NCBI GenBank assembly: GCA_044892525.1
Contig: CM097885.1
Span: 19,594,001-19,654,000, forward strand
Length of the DNA: 60,000 bases
Direction of reading: 5' to 3'
Origin: Schmidtea polychroa
Taxonomy: Eukaryota
This document shows positions 25,017-39,354 of the stretch, piece by piece; the stretch's first letter is position 1; each line of letters begins with the position of its first letter. The notes under the pieces are model-generated. The model was not told where the DNA came from and did no database searches. It was given only the letters and a program-made list of their open reading frames with translations. Both the position numbers and the translations under genes were made by a program.

Positions 25017-25675
25017 CAGTGTTTTCCAAACCGGGGTACGCGATGGATTTTTGGCCTTTTCAATCTTCTATTATCTAAATATTAAAAGATAAATAAAAAG
25101 AAATTTATAAATATAACATCGATGCCAGAAGGATTATCATATGCAGAAGAATAAAGCTTATTAGAAATATCTTCAGATGGTTTCTTGACAAATAATCATA
25201 TGAAATGCTCTTTCCCATCATTCTTGTTACACCTACAATCAATATATCCTTCTTTATCAGAAAAGGCCCTGAAATGCATATTTTCTTTTTCAACATCATA
25301 TTCATGTGAAGTTGCTTTTTCCACATTTGTAGATATTAAATCGAAAAAAAGAAATAGGCTTTTAGATGTTGAATCTCATCTAAGATTAAAATTAACCAAC
25401 AGAGAACCAAATTATGATGAATTATTATCTCAGCTTAAGCAATTTCATTCTTCTCATTAATTACAATAAATTAAGTATAGCATTTTTTATTTTACAATAT
25501 TTCAGTTATAAAAGTATTTAATTTTTCATTAATGCTATTAATTTAAAGGTCGTATATTTTAAAAAAAATATTATAAAAAAATTTAATCATTATATAAAAT
25601 TTTAAAGCAAAGGGGTACATTATATAATGCAACTGATCAAGGTGGTACACAGTACCAAAAGTTTGGGAAACATTG
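25017..25675 (+). mobile_element. Non-autonomous hAT (Buster/Charlie-like) element retaining the transposase C-terminus
   Basis: TIR CAGTGTTTTCCAAAC / GTTTGGGAAACATTG with perfect 8-bp TSD ATTTAGAT. ORF 25185-25460 reads FSTSYSCEVAFS..IKSKKRNRLLDVE..LRL...QFHSSH. Confidence 0.9.
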
Positions 25676-26689
25676 ATTTAGATCTAGGAAAGTTAAATAT
25701 TAATAAATTGGAGAGGTATACAAAAAGCCTCGCATATCATACAATGCGTAAGACACCGAGGTTTAGAATCTATAAAGATTCACATAATGATATAAGGAGT
25801 CAAACTTATATTAGTCATATAGAGAATGTTAAAACCAATCTTTCAAAATATGGACCTTTATTTCTTGAACGAATAGAAGCTTATTACATACTATCACTGT
25901 TTACCTTTGATATGTTTGGTGTTATTAATAAATGTTCTAGTAGGATTTGGTTTCCAGATATTGAGCGTTCTTTTTGATTAAACAACAAGAAACACAACAA
26001 TTAGTAAGTTGATTTTCTTTAATATAACAAATTCACTGGATCAGCCATTATCCACACTCTTAAATGAATTGGGTTAGTTTTCCAACATTAAATTACTCAC
26101 GTAACACTTCGAACGGTTGATGACTTGGTGAAACCAACAATGTCTCGTCCGAGACTTCTGTAATTTTACTGGTTTCGCTATAAATCCTCTCTAATTTTTG
26201 GCTTCTCGCTATTTTTCATTATCCGTTTTATTTTTGTCCCTGTTTTTTTATCATGCATGTAGTAGGCAAGTCAATTATTTACTAGGATTTGAGCAGTGAA
26301 TTACCAATCTAAATTAGCATTCATTTTTTAAACTTTGATCTAATAACGAAAATATTTACCGATCTCTACAAAGATTATATATTTGGATAATATTTGACAT
26401 TTTCGTGTTTCATTAGAAAAAAATAAAGGATTTTAAAAATGTATTTTTAAAATATTTTTCCGGTATAAAATGGGATTCATCTTATCGCTGGAGTCATTTT
26501 ATATTCTAGCTAATACGGTAACTATTTAATTAGTTTATATTTTAATTTTTAGGCCACTGGGTTTGTGTCGATGTTAGTAGATGGATTGGGCACCGCTGGC
26601 ACAGGACACCGCTAGCACAGTACCCCCCTCCCCCCTCCCCCCGTCGGTAAGATTTTCAAAAATATTCTAAGTCTAAAAGTACATTTTTT

Positions 26690-27215
26690 TTCAAGGTCAA
26701 ATTTAAACAAAGACATATGACTCATCAAGGTCATTGAAACAAAGACCATGACTCATAGTATGACTCATCAAATTTTTCAAGGGCATTTAAACAAAGACCA
26801 TGACTCATCATATGACTCATCAAGGTCATTTTCAAGGTCATATGACTCATACTAAGACTCATCAAGGTCAAAAAAATTTCTCAAGGTCATTTTAACAAAG
26901 ACCGTGACTCATCAAGGTCATTTTCAAGGTCATATGACTCATACTATGACTCATCAAGGTCATTGAAACAAAGGCCATGACTCATGATATGACTCATCAA
27001 GGTCATTCTCAAGGTCATATGACTCATAATATGACTCATCAAGGTCATTCTCAAGGTCATATGACTCATCCGATGACTCATCAAAATTTTCAAGGTCATT
27101 TTCAAGGTCATCTGAGTCATCCTATGACTCATCAAGGCCATTTTCAAGGTCACATGACTAATCCAAGGTCATTCCCAAGGTCATATGAGTCATCGCGATG
27201 ACTCATCAAGGTCAT
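26690..27215 (+). repeat. TGACTCA / TCAAGGTCA minisatellite, left arm (mirror at ~39530-40060)
   Basis: Dense irregular array of ATGACTCAT and TCAAGGTCA words. Confidence 0.95.
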
Positions 27216-27349
27216 ATTATTATTTTTAAAAAATATTATTAAGTGTGCTAGCGGTGCCCTACTATTTGGCATGCCAAAAGTTATCGTTCCCATCATTTTA
27301 TTTCATCGTTCGATAGCTTGTTTTGAAGCTTGGTGCAAGACCTTTCGAA

Positions 27350-27575
<226 letters not shown>

Positions 27576-27685
27576 TATTAATCTATATACTCCGAGTCTA
27601 TCCGACAAAAATATTCTGTCCCCCTATGGGTACTGCTCACGCTCAATAACTCGCATTCGATTATTTTATTATTATTCGATTATTA

Positions 27686-28870
27686 TATTATTATTTTTCA
27701 AAATATTATTATTTTCAAGGTCATATTATTATTTTTCAAATTATTATTATTTTCAAGGTCATATTATTATTTTTCAAATTATTATTATTTTCAAGGTCAT
27801 ATTATTATTTTTCAAAATATTATTATTTTCAAGGTCATATTATTATTTTTCAAAATATTATTATTTTCAAGGTCATATTATTATTTTTCAAAATATTATT
27901 ATTTTCAAGGTCATATTATTATTTTTCAAAATATTATTATTTTCAAGGTCATATTATTATTTTTCAAAATATTATTATTTTCAAGGTCATATTATTATTT
28001 TTCAAAATATTATTATTTTCAAGGTCATATTATTATTTTTCAAAATATTATTATTTTCAAGGTCATATTATTATTTTTCAAAATATTATTATTTTCAAGG
28101 TCATATTATTATTTTTCAAAATATTATTATTTTCAAGGTCATATTATTATTTTTCAAAATATTATTATTTTCAAGGTCATATTATTATTTTTTCAAAATA
28201 TTATTATTTTCAAGGTCATATTATTATTTTTCAAAATATTATTATTTTCAAGGTCATATTATTATTTTTCAAAATATTATTATTTTCAAGGTCATATTAT
28301 TATTTTTCAAAATATTATTATTTTCAAGGTCATATTATTATTTTTCAAAATATTATTATTTTCAAGGTCATATTATTATTTTTTCAAAATATTATTATTT
28401 TCAAGGTCATATTATTATTTTTCAAAATATTATTATTTTCAAGGTCATATTATTATTTTTCAAAATATTATTATTTTCAAGGTCATATTATTATTTTTCA
28501 AAATATTATTATTTTCAAGGTCATATTATTATTTTTCAAAATATTATTATTTTCAAGGTCATATTATTATTTTTCAAAATATTATTATTTTCAAGGTCAT
28601 ATTATTATTTTTCAAAATATTATTATTTTCAAGGTCATATTATTATTTTTCAAAATATTATTATTTTCAAGGTTATATTATTATTTTTCAAAATATTATT
28701 ATTTTCAAGGTTATATTATTATTTTTCAAAATATTATTATTTTCAAGGTCATATTATTATTTTTCAAAATATTATTATTTTTCAAAATATTATTATTTTC
28801 AAGGTCATATTATTATTTTTCAAAATATTATTAATTTCAAGGTCATATTATTATTTTCAAGGTCATATTA
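27686..28870 (+). repeat. 38-bp tandem repeat, about 30 copies (left arm)
   Basis: Unit TCAAGGTCATATTATTATTTTTCAAAATATTATTATTT. Period checked at 27791, 27829 and 27867. Confidence 0.95.
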
Positions 28871-29573
28871 TTTTTGTTTTAATTATCGATTATTTAATAA
28901 TTTAATTTTGTTTAAATCGTTGATTATACAATAATATTTTTATTTTTTCTTTTAATTGTAAATTATGTAATAATTAAATTTTGTTTAAATCGTTGATTAT
29001 ATGATAATATGTTTATTTTTGTTTTAATTATCGATTACTTAATAATTTAAAATTGTTTAAATCGTTAATTATATAATAATATTTTTTTTGTTTTAATTAT
29101 TAATTATGTAATAATTTTATTTTTTTAAATTGTTGATTAAATGATAATATTTTGTTTTTGTTTTAATTATCGATTACTTAATAATTTAATATTGTTTAAA
29201 TCGTTAATTATATAATAATATTTTTTTTGTTTTAATTATTAATTATGTAATAATTTTATTTTTTTAAATTGTTGATTTTATGATAATATTTTTATTTTTG
29301 TTTTATTTATCGATTACTTAATAATTTAATATTGTTTAAATGGTTAAATATATAATAATTTTTTTTTGTTTTAATTATCAATTACGTAATAATTTAATTT
29401 TGTTTAAATTGTTGATTTTATGATAATATTTTTATTTTTGTTTAAATTATCGATTATGTAATAATTTAATTTTATTTAAATCGTTGATTATATTTTTTTT
29501 GGTTTATTATCGATTACGTAATAATTTAATTTATCATTATTATTGGGAAAGAACGCCCGCGCGGAAGATTACA

Positions 29574-29674
<101 letters not shown>

Positions 29675-29907
29675 GATTATTATTGCAAATCTTCATAAAA
29701 CTTAATTTCTACGTCAATTTCATGATTTTCAACATTTTCATCATTTGCATATTTTAATAATTTTTAATATTTTCATAATTTTTTCCATTTTCAGTATTTT
29801 CATTATTATTTCAGGAACATTTTAATTAGTTACATGAACATTTACATCAAATATTTTTCAAAGTAATATTTCCGTTCAGTTTTTCAAAGTTCTTCTTCTT
29901 CTTATTC

Positions 29908-29974
<67 letters not shown>

Positions 29975-31116
29975 GATTATTATTGCAAATATTCATGAAA
30001 CTTAATTTCTACGTCAATTTCATAATTTTCACGATTTTCAACATTTTCACGATTTTCAACATTTTCATGATTATTATTTTTTCATTATTATTTTCAAAGA
30101 ATTATTTTCAAAGAATTATTTTCAAAGAATTATTATTATTATTTTTTATTATTATTATTATTTTTATTATTATTTGCAAAGTTCTAATTATTATATTAAT
30201 TTAGAAGTTTCATTATTATTATTTACTTAAATATTCATAAAACTTATTTTCTACGTCAATTACATGATTTTCAACATTTTCATCATTTGCATGAATTTTA
30301 ACAATTTTCTACATTTTCAATATTTTCACGATTTTCAACATTTTCATGATTATTTCAGGAACTATTCATCGAATATTTTTCAAAGTATTATTTTCAAAGA
30401 ATTATTTTCAAATTATTTTCAAAGTTTTTATCAATATTATTATTATTATTATTATTTGCAAAGTTCTTATTATTTTATTTTCGATGTTTTATTATTATTT
30501 ACTTAAATATTCATAAAACTTAATTTCTGCATCAATTTACGATTTTCAATATTTGATGATTATTTTAGGGAACATTTTCATAATGTTTAACGTTTTCATC
30601 CTTTTCAATATTTTCATCATTTTCAACATTTTTAATATTTTCAGGAACATTTTCATAATTTTCAACGTTTTCATGATTTTCAACATTTTCATCATTTCCT
30701 TGAATATTTTAATAATTTTCAACATTTTCATAATTTTCACGATTTTCAATATTTTCATCATTATTTTCTTCAAAATTCTTAGTTTATTTATAAAATATTA
30801 TTATTATCATTTTCAAAATTATTTTCTTATTATTTATTTTAAAGTATATTATTATTTTTATTATTATTATTATATATACTCCTAGTCTATCCGACAAAAT
30901 ATTTTGTCCCCCTATGGGTACTGCTCACACTCAACAGGTTGCAAGGGTACTAGTCATGCTTATTATTATTGTTATACAATATGATGTTATTTAGACATTT
31001 GAAGGTTCAACCATGGTTACAATTTCTACATTTTGAAAACTCTAATTTGATTGGCTATCTCAATTTTTATAAATGTAAAAACAAAAGTAATTTAGTTATT
31101 AAGAAATTTATTACTG

Positions 31117-31753
31117 ATGATTTCTACAAATAAAACTGTTGAATATGTAAATCACAAAACACATTTGGTAACTTTATTATTTTGTCAATATTTTTTATAT
31201 ATGTCATTTATAGCAAGGAAGAAATAAGGAAAAATTAAGTCCGACCGATTCCGAAATTTCAATGAAATTTTTTAACAACACAGTTGAAGATTTTATAAAT
31301 AATCATGATACTTACAGTGATAAGCAACTCATAAATATTTTAAAGATTTTCAAACATTCCTCTATTGAATATTTGTTTGATTTATTTAATTATGAGAAAT
31401 CCATTTTAAAGTTATCTTGTTATTTAATGTACTTAGAAAAAATAGCAGTAAACAATGATTCACTGAATGAATACTTTTGGAGTTGTATGTTTTTAAGGTT
31501 GAAACCTGGATATAGTAGATTGATTTATGATTGGATAGCAAAAACCGATTTGATTGAAAATAAGCTAACGAAAAAACTGAGCGATGTTAAGAAAAGGTAT
31601 TTAACTTGCTCAATTTGTAAAGAAAATCAAGTTTCGGTTTTGTATTTACCGTGTGGTCAAGTAATTGTTTGTTCTAAGTGTCACGAGAAGAATGTTCGCA
31701 ATTGTCAAGCCTGTTTAATACTGATTAATGAATATCATACTATATACATGTAA
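31117..31753 (+). CDS. Two-exon protein (~196 aa) with a C-terminal IAP/Mdm2-type RING finger, left-arm copy
   Basis: Exon 31117-31167, GT-AG intron 31168-31213 (46 nt), then an in-frame exon 31214-31753. C-terminus CSIC..VLYLPCGQVIVCSKC..CQAC...IYM*. ATTGG and TATA-like boxes upstream, AATAAA downstream. Confidence 0.75.
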
Positions 31754-34700
31754 GTTCTCAATACAAATAAATACAATATCAAAGTCAAATGAATTATTAA
31801 CATACATAATGACGGTACTATAATGTAGGAAATTTTCAAACATTGAATAATATGAAATCAGCTTGGTAATTAATTATATTGGGCGCAACTACCAAATGTT
31901 GATGATATGATGAAGGGAATGGTATTTATAATATTATTTTAAGATTATTCAAAATGAAATATAACCATGAGTTCATCAAAATGGAAAAAGATCTTCGCAA
32001 GAACCATGAAGATGCTGGATGTATTGGTTATTATTTTTTCGGAAATAAATGTTTTAATTTGTTTTTATAAATTTATTGTTTTATTGTAATACTTTTTGAT
32101 TAAAACATATTCATTTTGTTTTAATATTTGTATTAATTTTTTTATATAGTGTTATTTATATATATGGAAATTTACAATTATATATACAATTATATTTACA
32201 ATTATTATAAATCATAATGACTAAATGATGCTTTTCTTCTGTCCATTGATTTTCCTCTGATATTACTGCCATAATCATCTTCGACAAAATGTAAAGATAA
32301 TATTTCTAGTGTCTTTGTTAATTATGCCCATTTATTGCAAAGTCTTTGTTAATTATGCATTTGTATTGCAAATTTATTAGTTATACAATTATATTATTTT
32401 TTCATTCCCTGACATAATATTATTATTTTTAATTTTATTATTTTGTTTAACAATACCATATAGCAAATTTTTAGGCAATTTGATAAATAGTACATGGTTA
32501 TTTTAAATATATAGCAATTTCTTAAGTAAAATATTTCCAGATAAATTTAAAAATTTAGTTAGAAATCCATGGTTTTTGGCTATACCATTTAATTAAAATA
32601 TTCTTGGATTCATAACATTTCTTTTATATAGTTGATAGTAATACCAATTATCTCAATTATTTTACTAGAAACATAACTGAATTCTTAGTTAATATAGTAT
32701 TTTTGTGTATTTTTTAGTTAATTTATAAATATTATCTGACATATTGATGTATCAATGCAATATACAACAAATTACTCAATAAAAACCATAGCATATTGTA
32801 ACTTTTTATATAAAGTCTGAATTTATCCGACAATATATTTTGTCCCCCTATGTATATTTGTCGTAAGGGTACTGGTCACATGTCGCAAGGGTATATTAAT
32901 TAAAGCACATGTATATTAGTTAAAAATTCTTAGGTAATTTAGTGAGAAATGGATCATCATAGATATCAGAAATTCGTGAATAATTTGAATATTTTGAATG
33001 TAACTTACCGAATTCTCATTTCGAGCGTCTAATTTATTGGTTAACGTTGTCATGTTTAGTCATTTAATATAATATTTAGCAAAAGGTAAGATATGAATAT
33101 TTAGTATTTCATAGGTAATTTATTCATCTAATGTTCATTACAATAGTTAATATAACTTCGTGAGAAATGCATGGTTATTAATATATTCATTGATAATTTT
33201 GGTAGAAAATCTTTATCATTTGGAGTAAATTTCTATCTTTGTTTGAGGCAAAAGGAGTCATAATAGAAACATGATCATTTGTTATCAATTTACCAATTAA
33301 GGTGCTTATTAGTTAGAAATATAGGGTTACAATTTTTTCTAATTTAATGAGATGATCATTGGGTGTAATATATCTTATACATGGTTAACATTTTTAAATA
33401 GGGATTTTGAGTAACTTTTACCAAAACAGGGATATTTTGTGCGATCAATTTATGAATATTGGTTAATTTTCTCTTTTTTAGTCATTTAAAATAATATTTA
33501 ACAAAGGTAATTTAGCAAAATATCATTGAAAGATTTATCCATCCGATAACAATATTCCTTCCCTTTACCCTTAATATTCAACCGATTTAATTTCTAGAAA
33601 TCTAATTAAAATCATAAAATATTTTCAATAAAGATCAATTTTCTTTAGCTGTTGTCGATTTCCAACTTTTAAGTCAATATTTCTCAAGTTTTGTCACAGA
33701 TATCCCCACAATGAATAAAATAACTTCTTAAATAAAATAATTTAAAGCAATAACCTTTGATATCAATCCCAATTAATTCTAAAGATTTCAAATATTTCAT
33801 TGTCAAAACCAAGTAAATTGATCATTAACCCTAAACGACTTAATAAAACAGTGGATAATTAATAAAAACTGGTTCTAAAACCTAATATTACTGTGCCATA
33901 ACATTCATCACAACCTAATAAAACGATATAATTTCACAGGAACGATTATTAATTCATAGCTAAATACTGACTATGTCCCTTTGATATTTTACCAATAAGA
34001 ACATTGTCGATTTAAATAGAGATTTCAAACATTTCCGCCTTAACCGATCCCTCACTAAATATTTCTACCCCATTAAATACCTCCTTTAAAAATCATATAT
34101 TACCATCTTAACTGAACCTTCACTAAATCCAACCGACTTTAATATATCAATTCTCTTAAAATCCATAGAAAATTCTTCAAAATATGAATTTTATTTAATT
34201 GTTACAGACATCCTTCCATTGAAATAATTTAGTATCTAAATTCATGTAGTAAGAGCCCACTAAAAGATCACTAAAATCAATATTTTCTACAAATATTTCA
34301 CCACATTTACCATCAAATACCTAACTAGAAATGAAATATATTGATCATAATTCTTCATCGATTCAGCCAATTATAGCAATTATATCTTTCAAATCACAAA
34401 TTTCAGTATATTTTACAATAATTTTCAAGTAGATTTCAAATATATCATCATGATAAAATTAGCTGGTTTCAACTTTAGATTTTCAATATTTAAAAGTTCA
34501 TCAATATTCGTAGAAAATATATGAAAGAATTATTTTGTCAATATCATTACAAAGTCATCATAAAAATTAAATAATAATCACTTGATTATTGTAAAAACTC
34601 TAATTATTAACCTAACTGTCATTAAAAATAATTTTTATTTAAAATTAAATTTAAAAACAAGTCAATAAAATATAGCAAATTATCAAGAAATTAATTAAAT

Positions 34701-35883
34701 TTGTCTTAGAATTAACACTAAAACCTTAAATTTTTAAATATTCTTTCAATTATTCACAAAAAGGTTAGTAATAATGTTAGTAAAATCCCGCTAACTCTAA
34801 AAATTACCAATGAATTTAATGCTAATTAATAACCAAAAATTTGCCTAAATAAAATCATTAAAACACACCAGTACCTTTACGACCAGTACCCTTACGAGCA
34901 GTAGCAATTGTGAACAGTACCCATAGAGGGAGAAAATATCTTGTCGGATAAACTCATAGTATATATAATAAAACGAATTAACAATAACTCCATCAAATTG
35001 AATCAGTCAAATTAACACAAATTTTGATAAAAAATCTTATTCTAAAATGGTAAGAAGCGTAAAGTCGAACGATAATTTTAATAACACAGAGATAAAATTA
35101 ACAATATTATATTCTCAGGTGGTAAGAATCTTCAAATAACCATGTACTATTTATCAAATTGCCTAAAAATTTGCTATATGGTATTGTTAAACAAAATAAT
35201 AAAATTAAAAATAATAATATTATGTCAGGGAATGAAAAAATAATATAATTGTATAACTAATAAATTTGCAATACAAATGCATAATTAACAAAGACTTTGC
35301 AATAAATGGGCATAATTAACAAAGACACTAGAAATATTATCTTTACATTTTGTCGAAGATGATTATGGCAGTAATATCAGAGGAAAATCAATGGACAGAA
35401 GAAAAGCATCATTTAGTCATTATGATTTATAATAATTGTAAATATAATTGTATATATAATTGTAAATTTCCATATATATAAATAACACTATATAAAAAAA
35501 TTAATACAAATATTAAAACAAAATGAATATGTTTTAATCAAAAAGTATTACAATAAAACAATAAATTTATAAAAACAAATTAAAACATTTATTTCCGAAA
35601 AAATAATAACCAATACATCCAGCATCTTCATGGTTCTTGCGAAGATCTTTTTCCATTTTGATGAACTCATGGTTATATTTCATTTTGAATAATCTTAAAA
35701 TAATATTATAAATACCATTCCCTTCATCATATCATCAACATTTGGTAGTTGCGCCCAATATAATTAATTACCAAGCTGATTTCATATTATTCAATGTTTG
35801 AAAATTTCCTACATTATAGTACCGTCATTATGTATGTTAATAATTCATTTGACTTTGATATTGTATTTATTTGTATTGAGAAC

Positions 35884-36520
35884 TTACATGTATATAGTAT
35901 GATATTCATTAATCAGTATTAAACAGGCTTGACAATTGCGAACATTCTTCTCGTGACACTTAGAACAAACAATTACTTGACCACACGGTAAATACAAAAC
36001 CGAAACTTGATTTTCTTTACAAATTGAGCAAGTTAAATACCTTTTCTTAACATCGCTCAGTTTTTTCGTTAGCTTATTTTCAATCAAATCGGTTTTTGCT
36101 ATCCAATCATAAATCAATCTACTATATCCAGGTTTCAACCTTAAAAACATACAACTCCAAAAGTATTCATTCAGTGAATCATTGTTTACTGCTATTTTTT
36201 CTAAGTACATTAAATAACAAGATAACTTTAAAATGGATTTCTCATAATTAAATAAATCAAACAAATATTCAATAGAGGAATGTTTGAAAATCTTTAAAAT
36301 ATTTATGAGTTGCTTATCACTGTAAGTATCATGATTATTTATAAAATCTTCAACTGTGTTGTTAAAAAATTTCATTGAAATTTCGGAATCGGTCGGACTT
36401 AATTTTTCCTTATTTCTTCCTTGCTATAAATGACATATATAAAAAATATTGACAAAATAATAAAGTTACCAAATGTGTTTTGTGATTTACATATTCAACA
36501 GTTTTATTTGTAGAAATCAT
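35884..36520 (-). CDS. Mirror copy of the RING-finger gene, right arm
   Basis: Identical 163-aa translation in the ORF track (35884-36375), with the mirrored first exon at 36470-36520. Confidence 0.75.
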
Positions 36521-37662
36521 CAGTAATAAATTTCTTAATAACTAAATTACTTTTGTTTTTACATTTATAAAAATTGAGATAGCCAATCAAATTAGAGTTT
36601 TCAAAATGTAGAAATTGTAACCATGGTTGAACCTTCAAATGTCTAAATAACATCATATTGTATAACAATAATAATAAGCATGACTAGTACCCTTGCAACC
36701 TGTTGAGTGTGAGCAGTACCCATAGGGGGACAAAATATTTTGTCGGATAGACTAGGAGTATATATAATAATAATAATAAAAATAATAATATACTTTAAAA
36801 TAAATAATAAGAAAATAATTTTGAAAATGATAATAATAATATTTTATAAATAAACTAAGAATTTTGAAGAAAATAATGATGAAAATATTGAAAATCGTGA
36901 AAATTATGAAAATGTTGAAAATTATTAAAATATTCAAGGAAATGATGAAAATGTTGAAAATCATGAAAACGTTGAAAATTATGAAAATGTTCCTGAAAAT
37001 ATTAAAAATGTTGAAAATGATGAAAATATTGAAAAGGATGAAAACGTTAAACATTATGAAAATGTTCCCTAAAATAATCATCAAATATTGAAAATCGTAA
37101 ATTGATGCAGAAAATAAGTTTTATGAATATTTAAGTAAATAATAATAAAACATCGAAAATAAAATAATAAGAACTTTGCAAATAATAATAATAATAATAA
37201 TATTGATAAAAACTTTGAAAATAATTTGAAAATAATTCTTTGAAAATAATACTTTGAAAAATATTCGATGAATAGTTCCTGAAATAATCATGAAAATGTT
37301 GAAAATCGTGAAAATATTGAAAATGTAGAAAATTGTTAAAATTCATGCAAATGATGAAAATATTGAAAATCATGTAATTGACGTAGAAAATAAGTTTTAT
37401 GAATATTTAAGTAAATAATAATAATGAAACTTCTAAATTAATATAATAATTAGAACTTTGCAAATAATAATAAAAATAATAATAATAATAAAAAATAATA
37501 ATAATAATTCTTTGAAAATAATTCTTTGAAAATAATTCTTTGAAAATAATAATGAAAAAATAATAATCATGAAAATGTTGAAAATCGTGAAAATGTTGAA
37601 AATCGTGAAAATTATGAAATTGACGTAGAAATTAAGTTTCATGAATATTTGCAATAATAATC

Positions 37663-37744
<82 letters not shown>

Positions 37745-37962
37745 GAACTTTGATAAACTGAACGGAAATATTACTTTGAAAAATATTTGATGAAAATGTT
37801 CATGTAACTAATTAAAATGTTCCTGAAATAATAATGAAAATACTGAAAATGGAAAAAATTATGAAAATATTAAAAATTATTAAAATATGCAAATGATGAA
37901 AATGTTGAAAATCATGAAATTGACGTAGAAATTAAGTTTTATGAAGATTTGCAATAATAATC

Positions 37963-38034
<72 letters not shown>

Positions 38035-38629
38035 TTAATAATAATAATAATAAAATTAATAATTGTAATCTTCCGCGCGGGCGTTCTTTCCCAATAATAA
38101 TGATAAATTAAATTATTACGTAATCGATAATTAAACCAAAAAAAAATATTATCATAAAATCAACAATTTAAACAAAATTAAATTATTACGTAATTGATAA
38201 TTAAAACAAAAAAAATTATTATATATTTAACCATTTAAACAATATTAAATTATTAAGTAATCGATAATTAAAACAAAAATAAAAATATTATCATAAAATC
38301 AACAATTTAAAAAAATAAAATTATTACATAATTAATAATTAAAACAAAAAAAATATTATTATATAATTAACGATTTAAACAATATTAAATTATTAAGTAA
38401 TCGATAATTAAAACAAAAACAAAATATTATCATTTAATCAACAATTTAAAAAAATAAAATTATTACATAATTAATAATTAAAACAAAAAAAATATTATTA
38501 TATAATTAACGATTTAAACAAAATTTAATTATTACATAATTTACAATTAAAAGAAAAAATAAAAATATTATTGTATAATCAACGATTTAAACAAAATTAA
38601 ATTATTAAATAATCGATAATTAAAACAAA

Positions 38630-39015
38630 AATAATATGACCTTGAAAATAATAATATGACCTTGAAATTAATAATATTTTGAAAAATAATAATATTTTGA
38701 AAAATAATAATATGACCTTGAAAATAATAATATTTTGAAAAATAATAATATAACCTTGAAAGTAATAATATTTTGAAAAATAATAATATGACCTTGAAAA
38801 TAATAATATTTTGAAAAATAATAATATGACCTTGAAAATAATAATATTTTGAAAAATAATAATATGACCTTGAAAATAATAATATTTTGAAAAATAATAA
38901 TATGACCTTGAAAATAATAATATTTTGAAAAATAATAATATGACCTTGAAAATAATAATATTTTGAAAAATAATAATATGACCTTGAAAATAATAATATT
39001 TTGAAAAATAATAAT
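38630..39015 (-). repeat. 38-bp tandem repeat, about 10 copies (right arm)
   Basis: Reverse complement of the 27686-28870 unit, as a much shorter array. Confidence 0.95.
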
Positions 39016-39142
39016 ATAATAATCGAATAATAATAAAATAATCGAATGCGAGTTATTGAGCGTGAGCAGTACCCTTGTGAGCATTACCCATAGGGGGACA
39101 GAATATTTTTGTCGGATAGACTCGGAGTATATAGATTAATAC

Positions 39143-39286
<144 letters not shown>

Positions 39287-39312
39287 TAATAATAATAATA
39301 ATAATATAATAA

Positions 39313-39354
<42 letters not shown>

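Larger units (their letters stand above)
24160..26190 (-). repeat. Right copy of the old inverted duplication (partner 13448-17215)
   Basis: Reverse-complement similarity as described for the left copy. It carries its own two insertions (24464-24690 and 25017-25675). Confidence 0.85.

Noticed and set aside
26860..27185. AGGTCA direct repeats as retinoic-acid response elements for the STRA6-like genes
   Set aside because: The spacing in AGGTCA-TTTTCA-AGGTCA is 6 bp, not the canonical DR1/2/5, and the words belong to a transposon minisatellite.
27686..28870. Regular 38-bp repeat array as a possible CRISPR
   Set aside because: Units are head-to-tail with no unique spacers, there are no cas genes, and the context is eukaryotic.
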